Source: a plasmid
Assembly: GCF_053078305.1 (NCBI RefSeq)
Contig: NZ_CP166875.1
DNA length: 64,000 nt
Reading direction: 5' to 3' (one strand)
The notes beneath the pieces were generated by a model. It made no database searches, was not told the origin of the DNA, and saw only the letters and a list, made by a program, of their open reading frames with translations. A program made the position numbers and the translations under genes. Positions 1 through 9,636 of the stretch are shown piece by piece (the stretch's first letter is position 1; each line of letters opens with the position of its first letter).

Positions 1-1095
1 GTGTTCGACATGGGGGATGGCTACAAGTCCCTGTGTGAAAACATGGGGGGCGTATATCTGGACGGTGAAACCCTGCGCTTTAACCCGTTTGCGAACATCA
101 CCGATATTGACCAGTCAGCGGAGCGTGTCCGTGACCAGCTGTCGGTGATGGCCAGCCCCAACGGTAACCTGGATGAAGTGCATGAAGGTCTGCTGCTGCA
201 GGCGGTCAGGGCCTCCTGGCTTACCAGACAGAACCGGGCGCGTATTGATGACGTGGTGGATTTCCTGAAAAACGCCCGGGATAACGACCAGTATGCCGAG
301 TCCCCGACCATCCGCAGCCGTCTGGATGAAATGATAGTGCTGCTGGACCAGTACACAGCCAACGGTACTTACGGCCAGTATTTTAACTCTGATGAACCGT
401 CCCTGCGGGATGACGCAAAAATGGTGGTGCTGGAGCTGGGTGGACTGGAAGACCGTCCGTCCCTGCTGGTTGCGGTGATGTTCAGCCTTATCATTTACAT
501 CGAGAACCGGATGTACCGCACGCCGCGTAACCTCAAGAAACTGAACGTCATTGATGAGGGGTGGCGTCTGCTGGACTTCAAAAATCACAAGGTCGGTGAG
601 TTTATTGAGAAAGGTTACCGTACCGCCCGCCGTCATACTGGTGCCTATATCACCATCACACAGAACATCGTCGACTTTGACTCTGACAAGGCCTCCAGTG
701 CGGCCCGTGCGGCATGGGGTAACTCCTCCTACAAAATTATCCTCAAACAGAGTGCGAAGGAGTTCGCGAAATATAACCAGCTGTATCCGGACCAGTTCCT
801 GCCACTGCAGCGCGACATGATTGGTAAGTTTGGTGCGGCCAAAGACCAGTGGTTCAGTTCCTTCCTGCTGCAGGTGGAAAACCACTCCTCCTGGCACCGT
901 CTGTTTGTGGACCCGCTAAGCCGTGCCATGTACAGCTCTGACGGCCCGGATTTTGAGTTTGTGCAGCAGAAACGTAAAGAGGGGCTGAGTATTCATGAGG
1001 CGGTGTGGCAGCTGGCGTGGAAGAAGTCAGGGCCGGAGATGGCTTCGCTGGAAGCATGGCTGGAAGAACATGAGAAATACAGGAGTGTTGCATGA
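1..1095 (+). CDS. traC: TraC conjugative ATPase (VirB4-like), C-terminal part; 5' end lies outside the window
   Basis: ORF runs from window edge; translation resembles the TraC C-terminus as remembered; followed by trbI-traW-traU in F order; stop overlaps trbI start (ATGA). Confidence 0.85.
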   Translation: MFDMGDGYKSLCENMGGVYLDGETLRFNPFANITDIDQSAERVRDQLSVMASPNGNLDEVHEGLLLQAVRASWLTRQNRARIDDVVDFLKNARDNDQYAESPTIRSRLDEMIVLLDQYTANGTYGQYFNSDEPSLRDDAKMVVLELGGLEDRPSLLVAVMFSLIIYIENRMYRTPRNLKKLNVIDEGWRLLDFKNHKVGEFIEKGYRTARRHTGAYITITQNIVDFDSDKASSAARAAWGNSSYKIILKQSAKEFAKYNQLYPDQFLPLQRDMIGKFGAAKDQWFSSFLLQVENHSSWHRLFVDPLSRAMYSSDGPDFEFVQQKRKEGLSIHEAVWQLAWKKSGPEMASLEAWLEEHEKYRSVA

Positions 1096-1478
1096 CCACA
1101 ACGCAAAAAACGACTGATGTGACAGCCCGTCGACGCAGCCACTGGTGGTGGACGGTGCCGGGATGCCTGGCAATGGTGTTACTGAACGCAGCCGTCAGTT
1201 ACGGCATTGTCAGACTGAACACGCCGGTAACCGTCGCCTTCAACATGAAACAGACAGTGGATGCGTTTTTTGACAGCGCCAGCCAGAAAAAACTGTCAGA
1301 AGCGCAGTCGAAGGCGCTGGCTGACCGTTTTAACGCGGCACTGGAGGCCAGTCTGCAGACGTGGCAGCAGAAGCACCACGCTGTCATTCTGGTGTCGCCT
1401 GCCGTGGTACAGGGGGCACCGGATATCACCCGTGAAATCCAGCAGGATATTGCCCGGCGAATGAGGGCAGAACCATGA
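1092..1478 (+). CDS. trbI: TrbI
   Basis: 128 aa, N-terminal TM segment, position between traC and traW as in F; ATGA overlap with traC. Confidence 0.8.
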   Translation: MTTTQKTTDVTARRRSHWWWTVPGCLAMVLLNAAVSYGIVRLNTPVTVAFNMKQTVDAFFDSASQKKLSEAQSKALADRFNAALEASLQTWQQKHHAVILVSPAVVQGAPDITREIQQDIARRMRAEP

Positions 1479-2107
1479 GATGCCGGGGGCTGATTGCCCT
1501 GCTGGTATGGGGGCAGAGTGTGGCTGCAGCTGATCTTGGCACCTGGGGGGATTTGTGGCCGGTAAAGGAGGCGGACATGCTGACGGTGATTATGCAGCGT
1601 CTGACAGCTCTGGAGCAGTCCGGAGAGATGGGCCGGAAAATGGATGCGTTTAAGGAGCGGGTGATCCGCAACAGCCTGCGGCCCCCTGCCGTGCCCGGTA
1701 TCGGTCGGACGGAGAAATACAGCAGCCGCCTGTTTGACCCGTCTGTCAGACTGGCTGCGGATATCCGGGATAACGAAGGTCGTATCTTCGCCCGCCAGGG
1801 GGAGGTGATGAACCCGCTGCAGTATGTGCCTTTTAACCAGACACTGTATTTCATCAACGGTGATGATCCTGAGCAGATTGAATGGATGAAGCGCCAGACG
1901 CCTCCCACACTGGAGAGCAAAATTATCCTGGTGCAGGGCAGTATCCCGGAGATGCAGAAGGCTCTGGACAGTCGTGTTTACTTTGATCAGAACGGCGTGA
2001 TCTGCCAGCGTCTCGGCATTGATCAGGTGCCGGCACGGGTGAGTGCTGTCAGTGGCGATCGTTTCCTGAAGGTGGAGTTTATTCCGGTCGGGGAGGGAGG
2101 GAAATGA
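1475..2107 (+). CDS. traW: TraW pilus assembly protein
   Basis: 210 aa with signal peptide; size and synteny match F TraW. Confidence 0.85.
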   Translation: MRCRGLIALLVWGQSVAAADLGTWGDLWPVKEADMLTVIMQRLTALEQSGEMGRKMDAFKERVIRNSLRPPAVPGIGRTEKYSSRLFDPSVRLAADIRDNEGRIFARQGEVMNPLQYVPFNQTLYFINGDDPEQIEWMKRQTPPTLESKIILVQGSIPEMQKALDSRVYFDQNGVICQRLGIDQVPARVSAVSGDRFLKVEFIPVGEGGK

Positions 2108-3096
2108 AACGGTGTATGTGGTTGTGTGTGGTTTTGCTGCTGACTGGCCATGTTCCCGCAGCCTCAGCGGACGCTGCCTGTGAAGGGCGGTTTGTTAACC
2201 CGATCACGGATATCTGCTGGAACTGCATTTTTCCACTGTCGCTGGGCAGCACAAAAGTGAGTCAGGGGAAGGTGCCGGATACAATAAACCCGTCAATGCC
2301 GATCCAGTTCTGTCCTGCGCCACCGCCTGTATTTAAACGTATCGGGCTGGCTATTGGTTACTGGGAGCCGATGGCACTGACGGATGTGACCCGCAGTCCG
2401 GGATGTATGGTAAATCTTGGAATAACAATCCCGGAGCTGGGGAAAACCGGGCAGGGAACGGCCAAAAAAGACGACAAGCAGGTGAACGGGGCATTTTACC
2501 ATGTTCACTGGTACAAATACCCGCTGACATACTGGCTGAGTATTATCACCTCAGCAGGATGTCTGATGGGCGGCGATATGGATATCGGGTACATCTCAGA
2601 AATTGACCCTACCTGGACAGACAGCAGTCTGACCACCATTCTCAACCCGGAAGCGGTCATCTTTGCAAATCCGATAGCACAGGGAGCCTGTGCGGTGGAT
2701 GCCATTGCCAGTGCCTTTAACAAGCCGCTGGATATCCTGTTCTGGTGTGCCGGTTCGCAGGGCAGTATGTATCCGTTTAATGGCTGGGTGAGCAATGAAT
2801 CCAGTCCGTTGCAGTCATCCCTGCTGGTCAGTGAACGGATGGCGTTTAAGCTCCACCGTCAGGGAATGATAATGAACAGCATCGGCGTGGATGTGGCTGT
2901 CTGTTATGAATATCCGTCGCCCATACTTCCCAAAGAGCGCTGGCGTTATCAGATGGTGAATATGTACCCGGACAGCGGACAGTGCCATCCGTTCGGACGC
3001 AGTGTGATGCGCTGGGAGACGGGAAAAAATCCGCCCAACACAAAGAAAAACTTCGGTTACCTGATGTGGCGTAAACGTAACTGTGTGTTCCTGTAA
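2104..3096 (+). CDS. traU: TraU
   Basis: 330 aa, signal peptide, Cys-rich; size and synteny match F TraU. Confidence 0.9.
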   Translation: MKRCMWLCVVLLLTGHVPAASADAACEGRFVNPITDICWNCIFPLSLGSTKVSQGKVPDTINPSMPIQFCPAPPPVFKRIGLAIGYWEPMALTDVTRSPGCMVNLGITIPELGKTGQGTAKKDDKQVNGAFYHVHWYKYPLTYWLSIITSAGCLMGGDMDIGYISEIDPTWTDSSLTTILNPEAVIFANPIAQGACAVDAIASAFNKPLDILFWCAGSQGSMYPFNGWVSNESSPLQSSLLVSERMAFKLHRQGMIMNSIGVDVAVCYEYPSPILPKERWRYQMVNMYPDSGQCHPFGRSVMRWETGKNPPNTKKNFGYLMWRKRNCVFL

Positions 3097-3109
3097 TCGG
3101 GAAAATGTG

Positions 3110-3652
3110 ATGCGCAACAGTAAAGTGCAACTTGTATCAATCCTCAGACAGGTCAGTCTTTCACTGAACACGGAGCCATTACGACAGTTTATCTCTCTGA
3201 GGGAGATTGCAGAAGAGACGGATCACGTCGCTGCTCGTTTGTCCGGAGGAAAACGGGTAACACCTGCACAAATTTATGAATTGTGTGCACAGTTATGGAT
3301 GGCCAGGATGAAGGCAGTTGAAGTTTATGGGCGACATTCTGATGTGGTGATGTCTCTGGAAAGACAGACTGATTTACTTGAGGCTGCAGGCAACGTATTA
3401 AAACAACGCTGGTTTTACCGTCCGTGGGGATCATCAAAAGCATCTGTGATGCTGACAGGTATACTGGTGATCCCCGTATTTCTGGTTTTATCCGGATTGT
3501 TGAGTGCAGGGTATCCCGGGTTATTATGTATTACCGTATCCGGCTGTTATTTTTCCGGGATTGCCGCTTTTTCTTTGCGGGCTAAAGATCCAGTCGGGCT
3601 TTGCTGGTCTGTGTTCTGTTTTATTCTGCTATATCTGCTCCTGAAAAAATGA
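3110..3652 (+). CDS. hypothetical protein with soluble N-domain and C-terminal hydrophobic helices (non-F cargo)
   Basis: ORF 3083..3652, probable ATG at 3110; AT-rich codon usage unlike flanking tra genes; no family recognised. Confidence 0.35.
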   Translation: MRNSKVQLVSILRQVSLSLNTEPLRQFISLREIAEETDHVAARLSGGKRVTPAQIYELCAQLWMARMKAVEVYGRHSDVVMSLERQTDLLEAAGNVLKQRWFYRPWGSSKASVMLTGILVIPVFLVLSGLLSAGYPGLLCITVSGCYFSGIAAFSLRAKDPVGLCWSVFCFILLYLLLKK

Positions 3653-3654
3653 GA

Positions 3655-4446
3655 TTAATTATTCTGCGTCTGAATAATGAATGCTCCGCCATTGCGATGT
3701 ACTCTGAATCCATTGGGATGCCTCCTGCAGGAGAACAGTCTGTAGCGGGTTTTTCCCCCATACCTCAGATTCAGGACAATAGTTTCACAGAGTGGCGTCT
3801 TCCTTGCCTTTTCTTTATATAGTATACCTTTTTTTTTCAGGTTATTAGCTATTCTGTTTCGGATTCCGTGGCGCAGGATGTGAGACTGTAATGTGATCGT
3901 GTTATAAGACGGATAGCATAATATGAAATGTTCAATATTTCCGACAAGCTTGTCTGCGTTGATTCTTGAGGATACTTTGACAGATGGTCTGGTAATATAT
4001 TGTGGATGTATATCGATTCTCAGGCTGGATATAAAGGGGGTAAGATAAAGACCCGTAACAGGCGTTCTGAGCATGGACGATGAGAAAAAGAACAGAAAAA
4101 ACCATAGTGTAATTACAGATATCCCTGACCTGATAATTACAGAGTATATGTTTCCGCTGAAAGGTGAATAATCTTTTTGTATCATCAGATGTATGATGGA
4201 TGACAGTAAAAACAAAATAAAGCCAGCCGGGAATGGTCTTCTCAGAACTCTGAAAAAGAGACTGTTATTTATGAAGCGAAAACGAAGCAGGACCGTTAAC
4301 AACAGCGATAAGAATATCAGTATTATGACCATTTGCACTCCGAAACTGATACATGAACAGATGTTTAAGGGTGATATTAAATGAGTGAAGGGACAAGAGT
4401 AAATGATTTTGCTTATGTCAAACAGGCCCTTTTGGCGGTGTTTCAT
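3655..4446 (-). CDS. hypothetical polytopic membrane protein (may instead be antisense shadow of + strand genes)
   Basis: 263-aa ORF uninterrupted in AT-rich DNA; F/L/I-rich; overlaps small + strand ORF 4193..4384. Confidence 0.3.
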   Translation of the reverse strand: MKHRQKGLFDISKIIYSCPFTHLISPLNICSCISFGVQMVIILIFLSLLLTVLLRFRFINNSLFFRVLRRPFPAGFILFLLSSIIHLMIQKDYSPFSGNIYSVIIRSGISVITLWFFLFFFSSSMLRTPVTGLYLTPFISSLRIDIHPQYITRPSVKVSSRINADKLVGNIEHFILCYPSYNTITLQSHILRHGIRNRIANNLKKKGILYKEKARKTPLCETIVLNLRYGGKTRYRLFSCRRHPNGFRVHRNGGAFIIQTQNN

Positions 4447-4827
4447 CGGATGAATACCCGGCCGCTCACCAGGCTATGTGAAAAAGATGATATTCAGCGT
4501 GGAATTGCAGATATTCAATGGATGTTACATCATCACTATTATCCATCACCCGGACAGGTTTGTTTTATAATATTTTTATTGCGGGATGAGAAGTTCCGGG
4601 TAGTGCGGGAAGATGGGCGTCAGTCATTCCTTGCAGTTGAAATTCAGTCGTTAATTGATGTTCTGAAAGATATACGGAAATACCTGCAGTTTGTGACACG
4701 GTATGACTGTGATGGTTGTATTATCAGGCTGCATGCCAGTGCTGAACGTAAATACCTGTGGATTTTCCTTGAGTGTGTAATTGTGTTTATTTTGTGTGCT
4801 GTGCTGTTTTTTCTGATTATCTGTTAA
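4381..4827 (+). CDS. hypothetical protein with C-terminal TM anchor (non-F cargo)
   Basis: 148 aa; start overlaps stop of upstream 63-aa ORF (ATGA), suggesting translational coupling; no family recognised. Confidence 0.4.
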   Translation: MSEGTRVNDFAYVKQALLAVFHRMNTRPLTRLCEKDDIQRGIADIQWMLHHHYYPSPGQVCFIIFLLRDEKFRVVREDGRQSFLAVEIQSLIDVLKDIRKYLQFVTRYDCDGCIIRLHASAERKYLWIFLECVIVFILCAVLFFLIIC

Positions 4828-4835
4828 AAACACCT

Positions 4836-5015
4836 GGTGGTGAACATGTACCCGGACAGCGGACAGCGGACAGCGGACAGCGGACAGCGGACAGCGGACA
4901 GTGCCATCCGTTCGGGCGCAGTGTGATGCGCCGGGAGACGGAAAAAAATCCGCCTGACACAAAGAAAAACTTCGGTTACCTGATGTGGCGTAAACGTAAC
5001 TGTGTATTTCTGTAA
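4836..5015. repeat. direct duplication of the traU 3' end (copy of ~2953..3096) carrying an expanded heptamer tract
   Basis: Near-identical to traU 3' end including the TraU C-terminal codons and stop; read directly from sequence. Confidence 0.85.
4854..4888. repeat. tandem heptanucleotide GGACAGC x5 plus one degenerate unit
   Basis: Native traU copy at 2970..2983 has one perfect plus one degenerate unit; duplicate has five perfect units. Confidence 0.9.
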
Positions 5016-5041
5016 CTTAAACAAAAAGAGGAATATTTTAA

Positions 5042-5374
5042 ATGGAAAAGAAATTAAGCAGTAAATACATTCATATTTATATGAGTATATCCTGTGTGTT
5101 CATTCGTTTGACAGGCAAAGCATTAAAATTGTTTCCTTTTGCACTGGTGATGCTATTCACGGTGTTGTTTTATTTTATGCCTGAAAATGTTATCTGTGAC
5201 ATTATCAGTGAATGGCAGAGAAGTGATGTGTCAGACAGGATCAGAGTTATCAGACTATATCTGGGAACAACTTTTTTATGCACCTGGGCGGCTGTTTTTT
5301 TGGAGTTTCTCTGCTCTGATGAGTTTCTGCCGGGAAAGAGATTAAACAAAAATGAAGAAGAGAATAACGGGTAA
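5042..5374 (+). CDS. hypothetical small membrane protein (non-F cargo)
   Basis: 110-aa ORF, hydrophobic segments, AT-rich. Confidence 0.3.
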   Translation: MEKKLSSKYIHIYMSISCVFIRLTGKALKLFPFALVMLFTVLFYFMPENVICDIISEWQRSDVSDRIRVIRLYLGTTFLCTWAAVFLEFLCSDEFLPGKRLNKNEEENNG

Positions 5375-5602
5375 TATCTGACTCATTTTATGTGCATCGG
5401 TCAGAAATGAATTAATGATTTAACAGAGTGAATATCCGGTATCGTTTATCTAATTGCTGCCAGTCTCAGAAAAAAGATAAATGGAGAAAGAAGTTAATCA
5501 ACGATCTTCGTTGTGTTTAACATGGCGTCAGTTATCTCCAGGCTTGCTCTATTGAGCACCTCATTATGACGATTAATTACTGTCTGTTTGCAGGAGAATT
5601 AT

Positions 5603-6241
5603 ATGAACAAAAAAATATACATTTTATTCGCCCTGACAGCAGGATTGTTTCTTTCTGCCCATGCTTCGGAAAATGTGAATACGCCCGAAAATCGCCAGTT
5701 CCTGAAGCAGCAGGAAACACTGAGTCAGCAGTTGCGTGAAAAGCCGGACACACAACTGCAGGCATGGGCAGAACAGCAGGTCAGGGCGAATCCCCTTCAG
5801 CATGCCGATAACCAGTTTCTCGATGAACTGGTCCGTAAACAGCAGGCTGCTCAGAAAGACAAACCACAGCAGGGGGCCGTGTATTTTGTGTCGTTCTCCA
5901 TTCCCGAAGAGGGACTGAAACGGATGCTGGGAGAAACCAGGCACTACGGCATTCCGGCCACACTGCGGGGTATGGTGAACAATGACCTGAAGACTACCGC
6001 TGAAGCCGTGTTGTCCCTGGTAAAAGATGGCGCGACCGATGGTGTTCAGATTGACCCGACGTTGTTTTCACAGTACGGCATCCGCAGCGTGCCGGCCCTG
6101 GTGGTGTTCTGCAGCCAGGGGCACGACATCATCCGGGGAAATCTGCGCGTCAGGCAGGCGCTGGAAAAAGTGGCCGCCACGGGAGACTGCCGGCAGGTGG
6201 CTCAGGGACTGCTGGACGGCACCGGGGATAAGCTGCAATGA
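5603..6241 (+). CDS. trbC: TrbC
   Basis: ATG at 5603 preceded by aggag; 212 aa with signal peptide; size and synteny match F TrbC. Confidence 0.85.
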   Translation: MNKKIYILFALTAGLFLSAHASENVNTPENRQFLKQQETLSQQLREKPDTQLQAWAEQQVRANPLQHADNQFLDELVRKQQAAQKDKPQQGAVYFVSFSIPEEGLKRMLGETRHYGIPATLRGMVNNDLKTTAEAVLSLVKDGATDGVQIDPTLFSQYGIRSVPALVVFCSQGHDIIRGNLRVRQALEKVAATGDCRQVAQGLLDGTGDKLQ

Positions 6242-6618
6242 GTTTACCTGCCGGGTATTACCGGATTGAACCGGACATCCGTGCACTGGTGGCCGCGATG
6301 AACGTTCACGGATTCCGTACATATGCCTCCTGTCAGGGACATGGTTTCCCGGTCACAAAGCTGCTGCCTTATATTGCCTTTGCCTGTCCGGTAAAAATGA
6401 CTGCCCTTCTTGAGCAGCGACTGCGGCAGGATGCTGAATCAGCAATACCACGTCTGACATGGGGATGGTCGGTGAAGGGGGCTTTTAACAGTGACCTTCA
6501 GCTCTGTTTCCGGCTTCAGCCGGAAGGTCCTCATTGCTGGTATCACCGGTACTGTCGTCGTTCACTGCGTGCAGACTTCAGGACGCTGATATTGTTACTG
6601 AAGTCGTTATCTGAGTAG
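6238..6618 (+). CDS. hypothetical Cys/His-containing protein, not part of the F tra set
   Basis: 126 aa; ATGA overlap with trbC stop; no family recognised. Confidence 0.4.
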   Translation: MSLPAGYYRIEPDIRALVAAMNVHGFRTYASCQGHGFPVTKLLPYIAFACPVKMTALLEQRLRQDAESAIPRLTWGWSVKGAFNSDLQLCFRLQPEGPHCWYHRYCRRSLRADFRTLILLLKSLSE

Positions 6619-6699
6619 TAATCCCGGTACGCCAGGAAGCTCCATACACCAAAATCAACACCGTTCTGAAGTTGAGATGACATCACTTCATTCTCCAGT

Positions 6700-8616
6700 A
6701 TGGATCAGGTTATGAAAGAAAAGATAAATACCTTTTTCAGGTCTCTGAATGTTAATGACTCCGGAAGACCGCGCAATATTTGTGCAATTGTTTTTTTCCT
6801 GAGCTTTTCTGTATTTGCCGACAGCAACAGTGATTACCGGGCAGGTTCCGATTTTGCCCGTCAGATCCAGGGGCAGGGTATTGGCAGTATTCAGAGTTTT
6901 AATCCGCAGGAGAGTATCCCCGGGTATAACGCGAACCCGGATGAGACGCAGTATTACGGTGGGGTGACTGCCGGCGGGGATGGCGGTCTGAAAAATAACG
7001 GCACCACACAATGGGCAACCAGTGAAACCGGCAAAACCATCACAGAGTCATTCATGAACAAGCCGAAAGACATTCTGTCACCGGATGCGCCGTTTATTCA
7101 GACCGGCAGGGATGTGGTGAACCGGGCTGACAGTATCGTGGGAAATACCGGACAGCAGTGCAGTGCGCAGCAGATAAACCGCAGTGAATTCACAAACTAT
7201 ACCTGTGAACGTGACACGATGGTGGAGGAATATTGTTCCAGGACAGCCAGGATCACAGGAGACTGGAAATACACGGATGAATATCGTGAGGTGACGATAC
7301 CGCACTCACAGTTCCGGTTCAGTATGAACGGTCTGAAACTGGTGTTCAGCGTTACCGTACCTGTTGCCGGGACAGTGGAAAGTGCCTCGCTGTCGGCTCA
7401 TGCAGGGCTATATTTCCTTAACTCCCGTTACGACTTTATGAACACAGCCTTTAATGTGCAACTGGTTACAGGACAGAGCGGGACTTTCACCATACCTGTG
7501 CCCTCCGGGTTTTCTGTCACACAGGGGCAGGTTCTGACCGGTAGTGGCTGTACTGCAAACGGTAATTGCCTCCCGCACGGGAATGGTGACAGGATGGTCT
7601 ATGAATCGCTTGTCAGTGGTGCTTCCACCTTTACGCTGAAACTCAGGATGAAGGTCCGTGATAAGGAATGGGTTCCACGGGTGGAGTGGGTGGAGAGTTG
7701 TCCGTTTAATAAAGCGGATGGCGTGCTGAAAGGCACTGAGTGTTCAGAGCCGGGTGGTACGAAAACGGGTGTGATGGAAGGTAAAACCTGGAGCATCACA
7801 CAGGCGTGCTGGGCATACCGGGATAAATATGTCACACAGTCCGCAGATAACGGCACCTGTCAGAAATATGTCGATAATCCGGCCTGTACGCTGGCCTCAC
7901 GTCAGTGCGCGTTTTATTCCGATGAGGGAGCTTGTCTGCATGAGTATGCCACGTACTCCTGCGAGTCCAGAACGTCCGGAAAAGTGATGGTCTGTGGTGG
8001 TGATGTCTTCTGCCTTGACGGTGAATGCGACAAGGCGCAGAGCGGAAAAAGCAGTGATTTTGGTGAGGCAGTATCACAGCTGGCTGCGCTTGCCGCCGCA
8101 GGTAAGGATGTTGCCGCCCTGAATGGTGTGGATGTCAGGGCTTTCACGGGCGAGGCGAAATTCTGCCGTAAGGCCGCAGCCGGCTTCAGTAACTGCTGTA
8201 AGGATGGTGGCTGGGGTCAGGATGTGGGTTTGGCGAAGTGCAACAGCGAAGAAAAGGCGCTGGGAAAGGCAAAGGACAACAAACTGACGGTGAGTGTGGG
8301 CGAGTTCTGCTCCCGGAAAGTGCTGGGTGTCTGTCTGCAGAAAAAGCGCAGTTACTGCCAGTTTGATTCGAAGCTGGCGCAGATAGTCCAGCAGCAGGGG
8401 CGTAACGGGCAGTTGCGTATCGGGTTTGGCAGCGCAAAAAGTCCTGACTGCCGGGGAATAACCGTGGATGAACTGCAGCGTATTAAGTTCGACCAGCTGG
8501 ACTTCACTAACTTCTACGAAGACCTGATGAATAACCAGAAAATCCCGGATAATGGTGCGCTGACCGAAAAAGTGAAAGAGCAGATTGCCGGTCAGCTGAA
8601 ACAGGTGGGGCAGTAA
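6700..8616 (+). CDS. traN: TraN mating pair stabilisation protein
   Basis: Large Cys-rich protein with signal peptide; matches remembered TraN motifs; a later in-frame start at 6712 is possible. Confidence 0.9.
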   Translation: MDQVMKEKINTFFRSLNVNDSGRPRNICAIVFFLSFSVFADSNSDYRAGSDFARQIQGQGIGSIQSFNPQESIPGYNANPDETQYYGGVTAGGDGGLKNNGTTQWATSETGKTITESFMNKPKDILSPDAPFIQTGRDVVNRADSIVGNTGQQCSAQQINRSEFTNYTCERDTMVEEYCSRTARITGDWKYTDEYREVTIPHSQFRFSMNGLKLVFSVTVPVAGTVESASLSAHAGLYFLNSRYDFMNTAFNVQLVTGQSGTFTIPVPSGFSVTQGQVLTGSGCTANGNCLPHGNGDRMVYESLVSGASTFTLKLRMKVRDKEWVPRVEWVESCPFNKADGVLKGTECSEPGGTKTGVMEGKTWSITQACWAYRDKYVTQSADNGTCQKYVDNPACTLASRQCAFYSDEGACLHEYATYSCESRTSGKVMVCGGDVFCLDGECDKAQSGKSSDFGEAVSQLAALAAAGKDVAALNGVDVRAFTGEAKFCRKAAAGFSNCCKDGGWGQDVGLAKCNSEEKALGKAKDNKLTVSVGEFCSRKVLGVCLQKKRSYCQFDSKLAQIVQQQGRNGQLRIGFGSAKSPDCRGITVDELQRIKFDQLDFTNFYEDLMNNQKIPDNGALTEKVKEQIAGQLKQVGQ

Positions 8617-8629
8617 GGTCGGGAAAATA

Positions 8630-8887
8630 ATGAAAGTCATATTCACGTCGAATCGTCTTGTTGATTTTCTTATCCGGCTTGTTATTACAGCAATTGTCAT
8701 TTCCCCGGTAATTATCTGGTCGTGGGATACGGTAAAAGAAACCACGGCAGGCGGGGTGCTTGCTGCTGCTTTCATTATCCTTTACTCCGGTGTGCTCCTG
8801 TTTATTCTGTATGGTTGTTTTTCTGCACTGGCTGACCTGCAGAAACCTGATGAAAGAAAAAGTGATGAAAGGAATGAAGATGAATAA
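8630..8887 (+). CDS. trbE: TrbE
   Basis: 85-aa hydrophobic protein in the F TrbE position. Confidence 0.65.
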   Translation: MKVIFTSNRLVDFLIRLVITAIVISPVIIWSWDTVKETTAGGVLAAAFIILYSGVLLFILYGCFSALADLQKPDERKSDERNEDE

Positions 8888-9623
8888 AGCATTACTGCCG
8901 CTGTTACTCTGCTGCTTTATTTTTCCGGCGTCAGGGAAAGATGCAGGCTGGCAGTGGTATAACGAGAAAATAAATCCGAAGGAAAAAGAAAATAAACCAG
9001 TACCAGCAGCTCCCCGTCAGGAGCCGGATATTATGCAGAAACTGACCGCGCTGCAGACGGCAACAAAGCGGGCGCTGTACGAAGCCATTCTGTATCCCGG
9101 CGTGGATAATTTTGTGAAATATTTCCGGCTGCAGAATTACTGGACTCAGCAGGCCGGGCTTTTCACCATGAGCGCCAAAAAGGCCATGCTGGCACATCCT
9201 GAACTGGACTATAACCTGCAGTACAGCCATTACAACGGCACGGTACGGAACCAGCTGGCAGCAGACCAGGCGCAGCAGCGACAGGCGATTGCCAGACTGG
9301 CAGAGCATTACGGCATTATGTTTTTTTACCGGGGGCAGGACCCCATCGACGGGCAGCTGGCGCAGGTCATTAATGGCTTCCGGGATACGTATGGTCTGAG
9401 TGTTATTCCCGTTTCCGTGGATGGCGTGATTAATCCACTATTGCCGGATTCCCGGACTGACCAGGGGCAGGCGCAGCGCCTCGGCGTGAAATATTTCCCG
9501 GCCATGATGCTGGTAGACCCGAAACAGGGCAGTGTTCGTCCATTATCATACGGCTTTATTTCGCAGGATGACCTGGCAAAACAGTTCCTGAACGTATCTG
9601 AAGATTTTAAACCGAATTTTTAA
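8880..9623 (+). CDS. traF: TraF (thioredoxin-fold pilus assembly protein)
   Basis: Start set at MNKALLPLLL (8880) within the longer ORF 8760..9623; 247 aa; matches remembered F TraF N-terminus. Confidence 0.9.
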   Translation: MNKALLPLLLCCFIFPASGKDAGWQWYNEKINPKEKENKPVPAAPRQEPDIMQKLTALQTATKRALYEAILYPGVDNFVKYFRLQNYWTQQAGLFTMSAKKAMLAHPELDYNLQYSHYNGTVRNQLAADQAQQRQAIARLAEHYGIMFFYRGQDPIDGQLAQVINGFRDTYGLSVIPVSVDGVINPLLPDSRTDQGQAQRLGVKYFPAMMLVDPKQGSVRPLSYGFISQDDLAKQFLNVSEDFKPNF

Positions 9624-9636
9624 CCAAAGGATATAT

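Noticed and set aside
115-897. 260-aa ORF on the minus strand inside traC
   Set aside because: Antisense shadow of a confidently assigned tra gene; no start context or family resemblance
4854-4895. Short tandem repeats GGACAGC (and the CAGCCGCAA tract at 20464..20523) as a possible CRISPR array
   Set aside because: Units are 7 and 9 bp with no spacers; they are coding microsatellites
8760-8879. Upstream extension of traF ORF
   Set aside because: Remembered TraF begins MNKALLPLLL with a signal peptide; the extension overlaps trbE
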